Source of the DNA: Chromatiales bacterium
GTDB lineage: Bacteria; Pseudomonadota; Gammaproteobacteria; Xanthomonadales; SZUA-36
Reading direction: 5' to 3'
DNA: 64,000 nt
Assembly: GCA_024640025.1 (NCBI GenBank)
Contig: JAHEFT010000001.1
Span: 44,040 to 108,039 of the forward strand
Shown: positions 38,354 to 48,837 of the stretch, piece by piece
Numbering within the stretch: position 1 is the stretch's first letter
Layout of the letters: each line of letters opens with the position of its first letter
Notes under the pieces: model-generated
What the model saw: only the letters and a program-made list of their open reading frames with translations
The model's database searches: none
What the model was told of the DNA's origin: nothing
Translations under genes and position numbers: made by a program

Positions 38354-40513
38354 TCAGTTACCGGGCGCGTGGGGAAACTCAAGGGACCGGTAGTATTCCA
38401 GTGTTTCGGCAGGCGGTCGCACACCCGGGGGAAGCTCCAGTCCGGATTGCCGGATGAAATACGCCAGGCAGGCATCCCGCCACCAGGTGGCTTCACGTAA
38501 CTGAATCGCCAGGAACCGGGCCGTCTTGTCGAATCGTTCCTGATCAACGAACGGTTTTAGGCTTGCCCATATGGACTGCATGGCCATCACTTCTGCAACC
38601 CCGTTGTCATAGTGTTCGACCAGTTCCTGCCACAGGGTGTCACCGGAGCGCATGACGTAGTTCCAGGGAACACGATGGAACCACAGCAAATAGACATCCG
38701 GCACCGTATCGAGGCTCGAAAAAAGGTTTTTCAATGGGGCGGCGTATTGTGCGACGGCGTTGCTGCCCTGTCCGGTCCGGTCAAACCCGATGCCCTCCCG
38801 GTTCGCGTTATGGTAATAAACCGGGTTCCATTCCGGCCGGCTGAGATCACTGACCCAGGGCGCCGGTCCGTAATGGTGGCCGGTGCCCATCAGATGCGCC
38901 AAGCCCAGGGGCGTCATGTAATCAACCGCCGCCTCGCGTGACCGCATCATCAGTTTCCTGGCGGTTTCAACAAATTGGGGGTCGTTGGAGAACGTCAGCC
39001 TCAGCCATTCGTCGGCGATCGCCCCGGCTGAACGCTCCGGGTCCCAGGCCAGGCGGCCGAAAGCAAACCAATTGGCCTGTCCGAAAATGGATCCGGCCCA
39101 ATCACGGTCAACCCCGATATTAGCGACTCCGGCCATACCGCTTATCGCGTGGCCAAACAGGCTGCCATCAATCACGCGGGCCACGGTGGAGCCTTCTCCC
39201 CGGGAAAAGGTGTCGGTGTTGAGCACTTCTTCGTATAGCTCGCCGAGGTAAACCATGTGGGTAGAAAAGCCCAGGTATTCCTGGGTGATCTGAAACTCCA
39301 TGATCAGCGGTGTTTTCGGCATCATTCCGAACAGCGGGTGAAACGGCTCTCTGGGTTGAAAATCCAGCGGGCCGTTTTTCACCTGCAACAATACGTTGGA
39401 GGCAAATTCGCCGTCCAACGGCTTGAATTCATCGAAGGCCTGTTTAACCCGGTCTTCCGGGTCATCCTGTGAGTAAACGAATGCCCGCCACATCACGATC
39501 CCACCAAATGGCCTCAGCGCTTCGGCCAGCATATTGGCTCCATCGGCGTGAGAGCGTCCAAAGTTCTGCGGCCCGGGCTGACCCTCCGAGTTTGCCTTGA
39601 CCAAAAACCCGCCGAAATCGGGAATTTGGGCATAAATTTCCCTGGCTTTTTCGAGCCACCATGCACGCACCGCAGGGTCCAGTGGGTCCGCCGAATCCAG
39701 CCCGCCGATATCAACCGGGGAGCTGAAACGGACGGAAAGATAGACGCGGATGCCGTAAGGCCGGAAAACCCGGGCCAGGGCTGCTGCCTTGGCAATGTAG
39801 CGTGCTGAAAGGACATCCGGACTGGCGTTTACATTATTGAGAACGGTTCCGTTGATCCCGACCGAAGCGTTCGCCCGAGCGTAATCGGTATAGCGCGGAT
39901 CCAGGAAGTCCGGCAGACGCCACCAATCCCAGATCGATTGGCCCGCATACCCGCGCTCAACGGTGCGGTCGAGGTTATCCCAATGATTCAACAAGCGCAG
40001 GTCGACTTTTGGAGATTCGGCCAGGTCAAGTGATTGAATCGGCTGGCCGGATTGAATGAGTTGCAGGAAGGCGAAGGCGCCATAAACGAGACCGGTATCG
40101 CTTTCAGCCGCAATCACGGTTGTTGCCTTTCCGTCGATCTCGAGGCTTTTGATGAGATAGCCCTCTTTGCCCAACTGCCCAAGCGGCAAATCAAGAGTTC
40201 CGATAAGCGGGGATTCCTGCGGGGTGCCGATCACGATAGCCCCTGCTTTCAACTCGCGGGAGACCGGAACCTGGCGGGAGAGCAGTCCCTGCAAGCCTCT
40301 TTGCAGTTCGTCAATTGCTGCCTGCGCTCCCGCTCCAGCGGTATCAGGACCCAGGATGGCAGTAACCCGCTCTTGCAGAACGGCCTGATGCTCGACTTCG
40401 ACCGGTGTGTACCGAAGCCAGAGTTTGTATCCGTCCTCGGCATGAAGGCATTCAGGGCTACCAATAAGCGCTGCAAGAAGCGTAGCCACCAGTGTGTGAA
40501 ACAGTCTGTTCAT
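38354..40513 (-). CDS. aguA: GH67 alpha-glucuronidase, exported
   Basis: ~720 aa. The EDGYKLWLRY N-terminal motif follows the signal peptide, and length and conservation are typical of GH67. Confidence 0.88.
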   Translation of the reverse strand: MNRLFHTLVATLLAALIGSPECLHAEDGYKLWLRYTPVEVEHQAVLQERVTAILGPDTAGAGAQAAIDELQRGLQGLLSRQVPVSRELKAGAIVIGTPQESPLIGTLDLPLGQLGKEGYLIKSLEIDGKATTVIAAESDTGLVYGAFAFLQLIQSGQPIQSLDLAESPKVDLRLLNHWDNLDRTVERGYAGQSIWDWWRLPDFLDPRYTDYARANASVGINGTVLNNVNASPDVLSARYIAKAAALARVFRPYGIRVYLSVRFSSPVDIGGLDSADPLDPAVRAWWLEKAREIYAQIPDFGGFLVKANSEGQPGPQNFGRSHADGANMLAEALRPFGGIVMWRAFVYSQDDPEDRVKQAFDEFKPLDGEFASNVLLQVKNGPLDFQPREPFHPLFGMMPKTPLIMEFQITQEYLGFSTHMVYLGELYEEVLNTDTFSRGEGSTVARVIDGSLFGHAISGMAGVANIGVDRDWAGSIFGQANWFAFGRLAWDPERSAGAIADEWLRLTFSNDPQFVETARKLMMRSREAAVDYMTPLGLAHLMGTGHHYGPAPWVSDLSRPEWNPVYYHNANREGIGFDRTGQGSNAVAQYAAPLKNLFSSLDTVPDVYLLWFHRVPWNYVMRSGDTLWQELVEHYDNGVAEVMAMQSIWASLKPFVDQERFDKTARFLAIQLREATWWRDACLAYFIRQSGLELPPGVRPPAETLEYYRSLEFPHAPGN

Positions 40514-40554
40514 GAAATTAATGCCTCTCGCTGGGAGCGCAGCCATATTTGATT

Positions 40555-40568
40555 GGGTAGCGTTACCC
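40555..40568. promoter_or_regulatory. 14-bp CG-centred palindrome in the aguA / GH3 divergent promoter region (candidate LacI-family operator)
   Basis: GGGTAGCGTTACCC has 6 of 7 arm pairs complementary. It lies 42 nt upstream of the aguA ATG. Confidence 0.4.
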
Positions 40569-40674
40569 TATCGCTAATATTCCCACATTGCCACAGCGTG
40601 GTCCCTTGTTGATACTCCCCCCGTGGCCGCCTGGTCTACAATGACCTCCATAGCCACCACCAGTGACAAGAAGC

Positions 40675-42969
40675 ATGTACCAGGACCCTGAATCTCCAGT
40701 TCACTTGCGCGTAAAAGACCTGCTTGACCGGATGACGGTAGAGGAAAAAGTAGGCCAGATGATCGCCTTATGGGCGGGCAAGGCAGACATCATGGATGAC
40801 CTGGAATTTTCCGCAGAAAAGGCCAGCCAAGGGTATTCCGACGGAATCGGGCAGATCTCGCGCGCATCGGATAAACGCGGCGGGCCCGACATCGCCGATG
40901 TCGCCGGTGGAACAGCGGCGCGTTGGCGAACGATGGAAGAAACGGTGGAATTTGTCAACGCGGTGCAACGCTGGGCAGTGAAGAATACCCGATTAGGCAT
41001 TCCGGTTTTATTTCACGAAGAATCGCTGCACGGATACATGGCGCCCGAGGCTACCATGTTCCCGCAGGCCATCGCTTTGGCGGGCACTTTCGATCCGGGC
41101 CTGGTGATGGAAATCAGCAGTGTCATCGCGCGCGAGGTCCGTGCGCACGGGGTCCCTCTCGTGCTGTCGCCAGTCGTTGATATAGTCAGGGATCCGCGCT
41201 GGGGCCGAATCGAGGAAACTTTTGGCGAAGACCCCTTCCTGGTCAGCCAAATGGGAATTGCAGCCGTGGAGGGCCTGCAAGGCGCAGGCAAGTTCGACCT
41301 GCTCGCACCCGGCAAGGTATTTGCGACGCTCAAACACATGACCGGCCATGGTCAGCCGGAAAGCGGCAACAATATCGCACCGGCGCAGATTTCCGAGCGG
41401 GAACTGCGCAGTAACTTTTTCCCGCCCTTCCGCCGCATTATTGAACAGACATCCGTCGCGGCAGTCATGCCTTCGTACAATGAGATTGATGGTGTGCCGA
41501 GCCACAGCAACCGGTGGTTGCTGCGAGACGTGTTACGCGGGGAATGGGGCTTCGAGGGCATCATCGTCAGCGATTACAACGGTATTCGTGAACTGGAATC
41601 ACTACACCATGTGGCCGGTGACCTGGACCAGGCAGCACAGATGGCCCTGGCCGCTGGCGTCGACTGCGACCTGCCGGACGGAGAGGCCTACTGCACCCTC
41701 GCCAGACAGGTGCACTCCGGTAAGGTCGATATCTCGTTAATCGACCAGGCAGTCTCCCGCATCCTGGAGTTCAAATTTCGCGCCGGCCTGTTTGAAAATC
41801 CTTTCGGCAATCTGCAACTGGCCGAGCAAATCACCGGAAACACGCAGGCCAGAGATCTTGCGGCACTGGCGGCGCGCAAATCGATTTGCCTGCTAAAAAA
41901 TGACGGCACACTGCCACTGCAGCAGGAAAAACCGGGCACACTTGCTATCATCGGTCCCAATGCAGCCATCGCCCGGCTCGGCGGCTATTCGAGCATACCC
42001 AGGCAATCGACTTCGCTCCTTGATGGCGTGCGCGCGTTGCTGGCCGGCGAGACCGAGGTTCTATTTGCCCAGGGCGTTTTCATCACACAAAGCGAAGACC
42101 GCGCGGACGACGAGGTCCTGTTGGCCGATCCGGAACGCAACCGTGAACTGATCGCCGAAGCTGTGTCAATAGCCCGCCGCGCCACCGCCATCGTGCTGGC
42201 GATCGGTGATACCGAACAGACCAGTCGTGAAGGCTTTGCCGCCGACCACCTCGGCGACCGCACCAGTCTCGACCTGCTCAGCCAACAGGATGAACTGTTC
42301 GACGCACTGCATTCGCTGGGCAAACCGGTGATCGTGTGCGCCATCAACGGGCGCCCGCCCAGTTGGCCCAATATAGCAGAGCGGGCGAATGCCATTCTCG
42401 AATGCTGGTATCCGGGGCAGGAAGGCGGCACGGCAATGGCAGAAGCCCTGTTTGGTGTCATCAACCCGGGAGCGAAGCTGCCGTTGACCGTCGTGCGTGA
42501 TGAAGGCCACATTCCTCAGTATTACAACCACAAGCCCACGGCCCGGCGCGGCTACTTGTTTGCAGATATTGAGCCGCTATTCCCGTTTGGATATGGCCTG
42601 AGTTACACGGAATTTGAAATCAGCACACCCCGGCTATCTTCACCGCGGATCGGAATCACCGACAGTGTCCAGGTGCAGGTCGATGTCCGCAACACGGGCG
42701 ACCGGACCGGTGATGAAGTAGTGCAACTTTATATTAGAGATCAGCTGGCCTCAGTGACTCAACCTGTCAAACAGCTGAAGGGTTTTCAACGTGTGACCCT
42801 GGAGCCGGGCGAGCAGAGAACGCTCGGTTTTACCCTGGGCCCGGAAACTTTTGCAATCTGGAATGCCCAGATGGAAGAAGTCGTGGAACCAGGGATATTT
42901 ACCATCATGGCGGGCCCAAATTCAGAGGACCTGAAATCCGTCGACCTGGAAATTTTTATAGCGCCCTGA
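40675..42969 (+). CDS. GH3 beta-glucosidase/beta-xylosidase, cytoplasmic (no signal peptide)
   Basis: Nucleophile motif GIIVSDY, conserved GH3 segments (DPRWGRIEETFGEDP) and a C-terminal FnIII-like domain. Confidence 0.85.
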   Translation: MYQDPESPVHLRVKDLLDRMTVEEKVGQMIALWAGKADIMDDLEFSAEKASQGYSDGIGQISRASDKRGGPDIADVAGGTAARWRTMEETVEFVNAVQRWAVKNTRLGIPVLFHEESLHGYMAPEATMFPQAIALAGTFDPGLVMEISSVIAREVRAHGVPLVLSPVVDIVRDPRWGRIEETFGEDPFLVSQMGIAAVEGLQGAGKFDLLAPGKVFATLKHMTGHGQPESGNNIAPAQISERELRSNFFPPFRRIIEQTSVAAVMPSYNEIDGVPSHSNRWLLRDVLRGEWGFEGIIVSDYNGIRELESLHHVAGDLDQAAQMALAAGVDCDLPDGEAYCTLARQVHSGKVDISLIDQAVSRILEFKFRAGLFENPFGNLQLAEQITGNTQARDLAALAARKSICLLKNDGTLPLQQEKPGTLAIIGPNAAIARLGGYSSIPRQSTSLLDGVRALLAGETEVLFAQGVFITQSEDRADDEVLLADPERNRELIAEAVSIARRATAIVLAIGDTEQTSREGFAADHLGDRTSLDLLSQQDELFDALHSLGKPVIVCAINGRPPSWPNIAERANAILECWYPGQEGGTAMAEALFGVINPGAKLPLTVVRDEGHIPQYYNHKPTARRGYLFADIEPLFPFGYGLSYTEFEISTPRLSSPRIGITDSVQVQVDVRNTGDRTGDEVVQLYIRDQLASVTQPVKQLKGFQRVTLEPGEQRTLGFTLGPETFAIWNAQMEEVVEPGIFTIMAGPNSEDLKSVDLEIFIAP

Positions 42970-42974
42970 TTTGC

Positions 42975-44480
42975 TTACTCCGAAGGCGCTGAGTTCCCGG
43001 TTTGCGGCAAGGACTCAATGGCATCTTCCAATTGAGTTCGATAATTCAGCATCGCTTTTTGAATACCACCGAAATCGGCCATATCCACAAGGGGATGATA
43101 CGCCTGCGGGAACACGCCCATGCCGGTAAAAACGGCTTGCCAACTCGATTTTTGGAACAGGCTGTCGTCGGAAATACGCAACACTCCCCGGACCCTGAAA
43201 AGCTCAATTTTCTCGACCAGGCTATCGGGCAAGGGGTTGGACTGGCAACGGCGCCAAAACTCGGAGTCAACGCGACTGGTCGTACAATAATGAAGGATCG
43301 TGAAGTCACGTATCTCTTCATATTCCGACCGCATTCGGGCGTTATATTCGGCCGCCAGCGTCGGCCAGTCCTGCTGGTCCTCGAAAATACCCGGAAACAG
43401 TTCCATCAAGAGTTTCACGCCATGCGTCACCAGGTGAATGTTGGCGGATTCCAGTGGTTCCAGAAAACCGCCCGCCAGGCCCAACGCGACGCAGTTTTTC
43501 TTCCACATCTGCTCTCTCATGCCGGTTCGGAGCGGAATGAACTGTGGATCGTGCAGCGGTTCGCCAACGGCTGTCTCCCTTAGTATCTGCTCAGCCCGGG
43601 TGTCACTGCAGTGGCTGGAAGAGTATACAAAACCACTGCTTACCCGGCTGCGCAAAGGAATACTCCAGGCCCAGCCGCTCTCCCGGGCAGTGGAAATCGT
43701 ATATGGCCGCGTAGTGCGATTGACTGCTGTTTGCATCGCGGCGACCCGGTCACAGGGCAGGAATTGCTTCCAGTCCAGAAAAGGCGAGTCCAGCGCTTCA
43801 TCGATCAACAAGCCGCGAAAACCCGAACAGTCGATGAAAAAATCACCCTGAACGGTTTGCCGGTTATTGAGTTCCAGGCTTTCGATACTGCCGTTTTCTC
43901 TCATATTGACGTTGACAATATGAGAGTTGATGATTTTGACCTGCCGTTCTTCAGCAAATTTCACCAAATATTGCCGCATGAGACTGGAGTCCAGATGCAG
44001 CGCGGGATTCGCTGTCAGCAGCGGAGAATCAGACGGTAATCCTGAAGGAAACACGGAGATTGTGCTTTTTGCCATGACGGCTGCAGGAGAATAATCCGTT
44101 AAGGGGGTGGAATCGCCTTCGAATTTCGCCTTCAGCCAACATTGAAAGAATTCGTTTCCTTCCAATTCGCAACCCAGTGTTCCCAGGGGGTGGAAGAAAG
44201 ATTGGCCTTTATCGGACCAATCCCGAAACATCGTTCCCAGCTTGACAGTTGCCTCGGTTTTCTCAATAAAATCCTGTTCGTCCAGTCCCAGGTCCCGGAT
44301 GAAGCCGGTGACTGACGGGACGACGGACTCCCCCACTCCGATGGTGCTGATATGAGAAGACTCGACGACCGTTATTTCATAATATTCCGGCTTCAGACGA
44401 CTGACCAGAGCAGCGGCTGCCATCCAGCCAGCCGTGCCGCCGCCGGCGATAACCAGCTTTCTGGTACCTGTGTGTTTCAA
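42975..44480 (-). CDS. Flavin-dependent tryptophan-halogenase-family protein
   Basis: FAD motif GGGTAGWMAA and halogenase signature WxWxIP as GWAWSIPL. A lysine in ATVKLGTMF sits at the position of the catalytic Lys. Length 501 aa. Confidence 0.8.
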   Translation of the reverse strand: MKHTGTRKLVIAGGGTAGWMAAAALVSRLKPEYYEITVVESSHISTIGVGESVVPSVTGFIRDLGLDEQDFIEKTEATVKLGTMFRDWSDKGQSFFHPLGTLGCELEGNEFFQCWLKAKFEGDSTPLTDYSPAAVMAKSTISVFPSGLPSDSPLLTANPALHLDSSLMRQYLVKFAEERQVKIINSHIVNVNMRENGSIESLELNNRQTVQGDFFIDCSGFRGLLIDEALDSPFLDWKQFLPCDRVAAMQTAVNRTTRPYTISTARESGWAWSIPLRSRVSSGFVYSSSHCSDTRAEQILRETAVGEPLHDPQFIPLRTGMREQMWKKNCVALGLAGGFLEPLESANIHLVTHGVKLLMELFPGIFEDQQDWPTLAAEYNARMRSEYEEIRDFTILHYCTTSRVDSEFWRRCQSNPLPDSLVEKIELFRVRGVLRISDDSLFQKSSWQAVFTGMGVFPQAYHPLVDMADFGGIQKAMLNYRTQLEDAIESLPQTGNSAPSE

Positions 44481-44607
44481 ATCAGCCGCCGACTTGTTTG
44501 CATCAGGTGATCATATCAGCAAGGCGCTGCCAGGCTAAAGGCGCATTGCCGTTCCCTGTTCAGGTAGAATTAAATGCAATGCCTGTTTGAGGCTGAAGGA
44601 CTCTGAG

Positions 44608-45591
44608 ATGACATTGAAGAAACGCACATTCGGTAAATCGGGTATTGAAGTCACCGAAATTGGGCTTGGCTTGTGGGCGGCCGGTGGCGGCGACTGGGGA
44701 GCTGCAAATGCCGACGCAGACAAGGCGGCAGTCAGGGCAATTGAGACTGCGCTCGATGCCGGAATAACATTTTTTGACACGGCAGATGTCTACGGTGACG
44801 GTCACAGCGAGAGTTTGTTAGGCCAAACAATGAAGGGTCGGCGGGATCGGTTTATCGTGGCAACCAAGATCGGCTGGCAAGGGTTTGATCACGACGCCCG
44901 ATGCTCCGGCTATCAGACTGCAGGCCAGCTTATTTCCGGGGTTGAAACCAACCTGAGGCGCTTGCAGACCGACTATGTCGATGTCATCCAGTCGCACATA
45001 GACTTCAGGGAGTCCACGATGGACGTTTTTCTTGAAGCGTTCGAAAAACTGCAGACGTCCGGTAAGGTAAGGGCGTTTGGGCTGAGCACCGGCGATTTCG
45101 AGTACCTTCGCGAGTTTAACCACGAAGGCAAGTGCGCCACTCTTCAGGTCGACTACAGCATCCTGAACCGGATTCCTGAATTAAAAATGCTGGATTATTG
45201 CAAGGCACAGGAAATTGGCGTCATCGTGCGCGGCGCGCTGGCCATGGGCCTGCTCACCGGAAAATTCAGTTCCGAATCGAAATTTCCCGACGACGATTTT
45301 CGCCAGAAATGGCTGACGGATCCCGAGCAAAACCTGACATATCGGGAAGACCTCGCGAAAGTGCAGGCATTGCAACCCCTGGTCCGACCCGGGCGAACAC
45401 TTGCCCAGGCAGCCCTGCAATTCGTTCTGCGGCATGATGCGGTCACCACGGTAATCCCGGGGGCGCGCAACCCCGAGCAGGTCCTTTCAAACCTGTCCGC
45501 GCTGCAGGCACCTGAACTCGACGATGGGGACATGGCGCTCATCGACCGGGTGAGTCCGCCGGGTGGCGGCCGAAAGATCTGGCCGGCCTGA
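44608..45591 (+). CDS. Aldo/keto reductase
   Basis: GITFFDTADVYG motif, 327 aa, AAGGA RBS upstream of the ATG at 44608. Confidence 0.85.
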   Translation: MTLKKRTFGKSGIEVTEIGLGLWAAGGGDWGAANADADKAAVRAIETALDAGITFFDTADVYGDGHSESLLGQTMKGRRDRFIVATKIGWQGFDHDARCSGYQTAGQLISGVETNLRRLQTDYVDVIQSHIDFRESTMDVFLEAFEKLQTSGKVRAFGLSTGDFEYLREFNHEGKCATLQVDYSILNRIPELKMLDYCKAQEIGVIVRGALAMGLLTGKFSSESKFPDDDFRQKWLTDPEQNLTYREDLAKVQALQPLVRPGRTLAQAALQFVLRHDAVTTVIPGARNPEQVLSNLSALQAPELDDGDMALIDRVSPPGGGRKIWPA

Positions 45592-45609
45592 TTGCCCGTA
45601 ATCCGTCCA

Positions 45610-47574
45610 ATGAAAACGAGAGGGTGGTTGTTGAAGAATCTCCATAGCCATTTGATCCGGATGGTGCCCGGGTTGCTGATTGCCGTCAGCCCGATCGTCC
45701 TGGCTGACGTGACCCTTCCCAGGCTTCTTGGTGACGGCCTCATTTTGCAGCGCGATACCCCAAACAAAGTCTGGGGATGGGCTGATGAAGGTGAACGGAT
45801 AACTGTCAAACTCGATGGCAAGCCGATGAAATCAGCCGTCACGAGCGATGGCGAATGGCGGGTGATGCTGGGGAAAATGCCGGCCGGCGGGCCGCATAAA
45901 TTGGAAATAATCGGAAATAATCAGATCCAGATTGAAGATATCTATTTTGGTGAAGTCTGGGTCGCTTCGGGTCAGTCAAACATGCAGCTGCCGATGGAGC
46001 GGATCAAGGAAAGTTACGGTGGTGATATCGAGAGCGCAGATTATCCGCTGATCCGAATGTTCACCATGCCGCGTGAATACAACTTCAGACAACCACAGGA
46101 CGATGTCGATTCCGGCGAATGGACAGCCGCCAACCCGGAGTCGGTCCTGGATTTTTCTGCCGTGGCTTTTTATTTTGCGCGAGAACTCCAGCAACAACTC
46201 GACGTGCCCATTGGAATCATCAGCAGCAACTTCGGCGGTTCCCCCGCTGAATCCTGGATGAGTGAAGAAGCGCTGGGGGCATACCCGCACTACCTGGATG
46301 TGGCCCGCAGCTATCGTGATGACGAGTACCTGAACGGTCTCCTGGCAGCCGACAAGGAAAAAGAGGAGTCATGGTACCGGAATGCCGATACGCTGGATTC
46401 CGGCCTGTCGGGACCGGTCAGCTGGTTTGATCCTTCCTACGACTCGAGCTCCTGGGAAAGCATCAATCTTCCAGCATTCCTGGAGGATCAGGGCATTCCG
46501 CCCATGAACGGCGTCATCTGGCTGAAAAAAGATTTTACGCTGCCGGCGTCCGACGCGGGAAAGGCCGCCAATTTGATGCTTGGCCGGATCGTGGATGCGG
46601 ACACCACCTATGTCAACGGCGTCGAGGTCGGTAACACAACCTATCAATACCCTCCCCGGCGCTACGAGGTAAAAGAGAATCTCCTTCGGGAAGGACTGAA
46701 CACCATCACCGTTCGCCTGATCAGCAATGCGGGGAAAGGCGGATTTGTAAAAGACAAACCCTACTGGATAAGGATCGGCGATACCACGATAGATCTCACC
46801 GGCACCTGGCGCTATCGGGTCGGGATGGTTTCGGAGTCATTGGAGCCACCCGTTTTCGTTCGGTACAAACAGCCGCTGGGTTTCTACAACGCCATGCTGG
46901 CGCCGTTGCTGAATCTTACGATCAAGGGCGTGATCTGGTACCAGGGCGAGTCAAATACAGACCGGCCTCAAGAGTATGCCAATCTGTTTCCAGCCATGAT
47001 TCGTGACTGGCGTAAACAATGGGGACAGGGCGATTTCCCGTTTATCTTCGTTCAGTTGGCCAATTTCATGGAGCCCCGGGAGAAACCGGTGGAAAGCATG
47101 TGGGCAGAAACACGGAACGCCCAACTCCAGGCGCTGGACGAGCCGAATACCGCGATGGTCGTCACCATCGACGTCGGAGAGTGGAATGATATCCACCCGT
47201 TGAACAAGAAAACGGTCGGTGAACGCCTGGCGCTGGCCGCACGAGACCTCGCATACGGGGAACACACACTCGTCTCTTCCGGACCTTTGTATGAATCCAT
47301 GAAAATCAGCGGAAACAGGATTGTTCTGGAATTTAATCATCGCGGCTCAGGTCTCGTGGCCAGGGGAGATGAACTCCATGGCTTCGCCATTGCCGGAGAT
47401 GACGGGAAATATGTCTGGGCTGAAGCGGTGATCGAGAATGACCGGGTACTTGTCTGGAGTGACCGGGTGGAAGCGCCCGTAAAGGTACGATATGCCTGGG
47501 CAGACAATCCGGACATGGCAAATCTTTACAACCGGGAAGGACTGCCGGCCTCACCCTTTCAGACCGACCCATAG
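45610..47574 (+). CDS. SASA-family (sialate O-acetylesterase-like) carbohydrate esterase, exported
   Basis: Catalytic GQSNM motif, ~650 aa with an inserted beta-sandwich region, and a signal peptide. Confidence 0.8.
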   Translation: MKTRGWLLKNLHSHLIRMVPGLLIAVSPIVLADVTLPRLLGDGLILQRDTPNKVWGWADEGERITVKLDGKPMKSAVTSDGEWRVMLGKMPAGGPHKLEIIGNNQIQIEDIYFGEVWVASGQSNMQLPMERIKESYGGDIESADYPLIRMFTMPREYNFRQPQDDVDSGEWTAANPESVLDFSAVAFYFARELQQQLDVPIGIISSNFGGSPAESWMSEEALGAYPHYLDVARSYRDDEYLNGLLAADKEKEESWYRNADTLDSGLSGPVSWFDPSYDSSSWESINLPAFLEDQGIPPMNGVIWLKKDFTLPASDAGKAANLMLGRIVDADTTYVNGVEVGNTTYQYPPRRYEVKENLLREGLNTITVRLISNAGKGGFVKDKPYWIRIGDTTIDLTGTWRYRVGMVSESLEPPVFVRYKQPLGFYNAMLAPLLNLTIKGVIWYQGESNTDRPQEYANLFPAMIRDWRKQWGQGDFPFIFVQLANFMEPREKPVESMWAETRNAQLQALDEPNTAMVVTIDVGEWNDIHPLNKKTVGERLALAARDLAYGEHTLVSSGPLYESMKISGNRIVLEFNHRGSGLVARGDELHGFAIAGDDGKYVWAEAVIENDRVLVWSDRVEAPVKVRYAWADNPDMANLYNREGLPASPFQTDP

Positions 47575-47671
47575 TGCAGAACGTCACAAATCCTTCATGT
47601 ACGCTGCGCCTGACTGATGCTTTATATGTACTCCAGCCACCCAAAAATTGAACACTAACGTCGAAATTTTT

Positions 47672-47860
47672 ATGGGGGTTTTGGCTGTACTAATTGGCCT
47701 CGGCCTGGGTTTTGTGCAGGTCAAAGCACGTGAGCTTCGCAAGAAAGTGCATACGAATCCCGGTCTGGCACTCTATCGCTTCAAATGGTGGAGATTTGGG
47801 TTGGCTGTTGTCTCGGTTGTCAGCGGTCTGCTCATTATTTACAACGCTGCCAGCAGCTAG
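47672..47860 (+). CDS. Small two-TM membrane protein
   Basis: 62 aa with two clear hydrophobic helices separated by a basic loop (KARELRKKVH). Confidence 0.4.
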   Translation: MGVLAVLIGLGLGFVQVKARELRKKVHTNPGLALYRFKWWRFGLAVVSVVSGLLIIYNAASS

Positions 47861-48837
47861 TCGATTTTCAGCACAATGATTCCCAATCGTTGTTCCGCCT
47901 CCACACATCGATGTGCCTCGACCACCTGTTCCATGGGAAAAATCCGATCAACTGCAGGACTGATCCTTTCTTCTTCAAGCATGGCTTTCAGTGCCTGCAA
48001 TTCGTCTTCACGCTCAGCAGCAAAGGCGAAAATCACTTTTTTTCCAGTTTTTTTATAGGTTTTTTTCGCACCCAGCATTTTTTTAAATGTTGGGTTTGCT
48101 GTGACATAGCGACCTGCTGAACTCAATACAGCAATACTCTCGTCAAGCGGACTGGATGCCACCATATCGAAAATCACATCGTATCGCCGGCCACTCTTAC
48201 GAAAATCTTGCTTGCCATAATCAATAAAGTGGTCCGCGCCGATGTCGAGCAGCATGCGCTCTTTTATTGCAGCATCGACAGCCGTAACCTCTGCACCCAT
48301 ACATTTTGCAATTTGCACGGCAAACGTACCGATACTGCCGCCCGCCCCGTTGACCAGTAAAGTCTCTCCAGGTTGAATATCTGCCAAGCGCATAAAATGT
48401 AAAGCGTTCAAGCCTCCCAAAGGCGCCGCAGCTGCTTGTTCAAAACTGAGATTAGACGGTTTGTGCACAATCGTGTATTTTTCAGGCAAGGCGAGATATT
48501 GCGCATAGGCACCGAGTTTCAGGCTGCTGGCTCCAAATACTTCATCTCCAGGGCTAAATTTGTTGACTCTTGCGCCAATTTCTTCAACAGTGCCTGAGAA
48601 ATACCCACCAAGTATTTTTTTACGGGGTCGAAAAACACCAAAGACCAAACGCAACCCAAAAGAAAACCATTTGACTGGAAATTCAAAGCTACGCAACTCG
48701 CAGTCACCCTTGGTGACCTCAGCGGCAGAGATACGTATTAACACCTCGTTATCAGAAGGTTTCGGCTTTGCAATCTCTGCGACATGAAGCACTTCGGGCC
48801 CACCGTACTCGTTGTAAATGACTGCTTTCATCGACAT
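47857..48837 (-). CDS. Medium-chain dehydrogenase/reductase (zinc-type ADH / quinone oxidoreductase family)
   Basis: GroES-like N-domain and Rossmann motif GAGGSIGTFAVQIAK. Length 326 aa, with noticeably lower GC than flanking genes. Confidence 0.85.
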   Translation of the reverse strand: MSMKAVIYNEYGGPEVLHVAEIAKPKPSDNEVLIRISAAEVTKGDCELRSFEFPVKWFSFGLRLVFGVFRPRKKILGGYFSGTVEEIGARVNKFSPGDEVFGASSLKLGAYAQYLALPEKYTIVHKPSNLSFEQAAAAPLGGLNALHFMRLADIQPGETLLVNGAGGSIGTFAVQIAKCMGAEVTAVDAAIKERMLLDIGADHFIDYGKQDFRKSGRRYDVIFDMVASSPLDESIAVLSSAGRYVTANPTFKKMLGAKKTYKKTGKKVIFAFAAEREDELQALKAMLEEERISPAVDRIFPMEQVVEAHRCVEAEQRLGIIVLKID

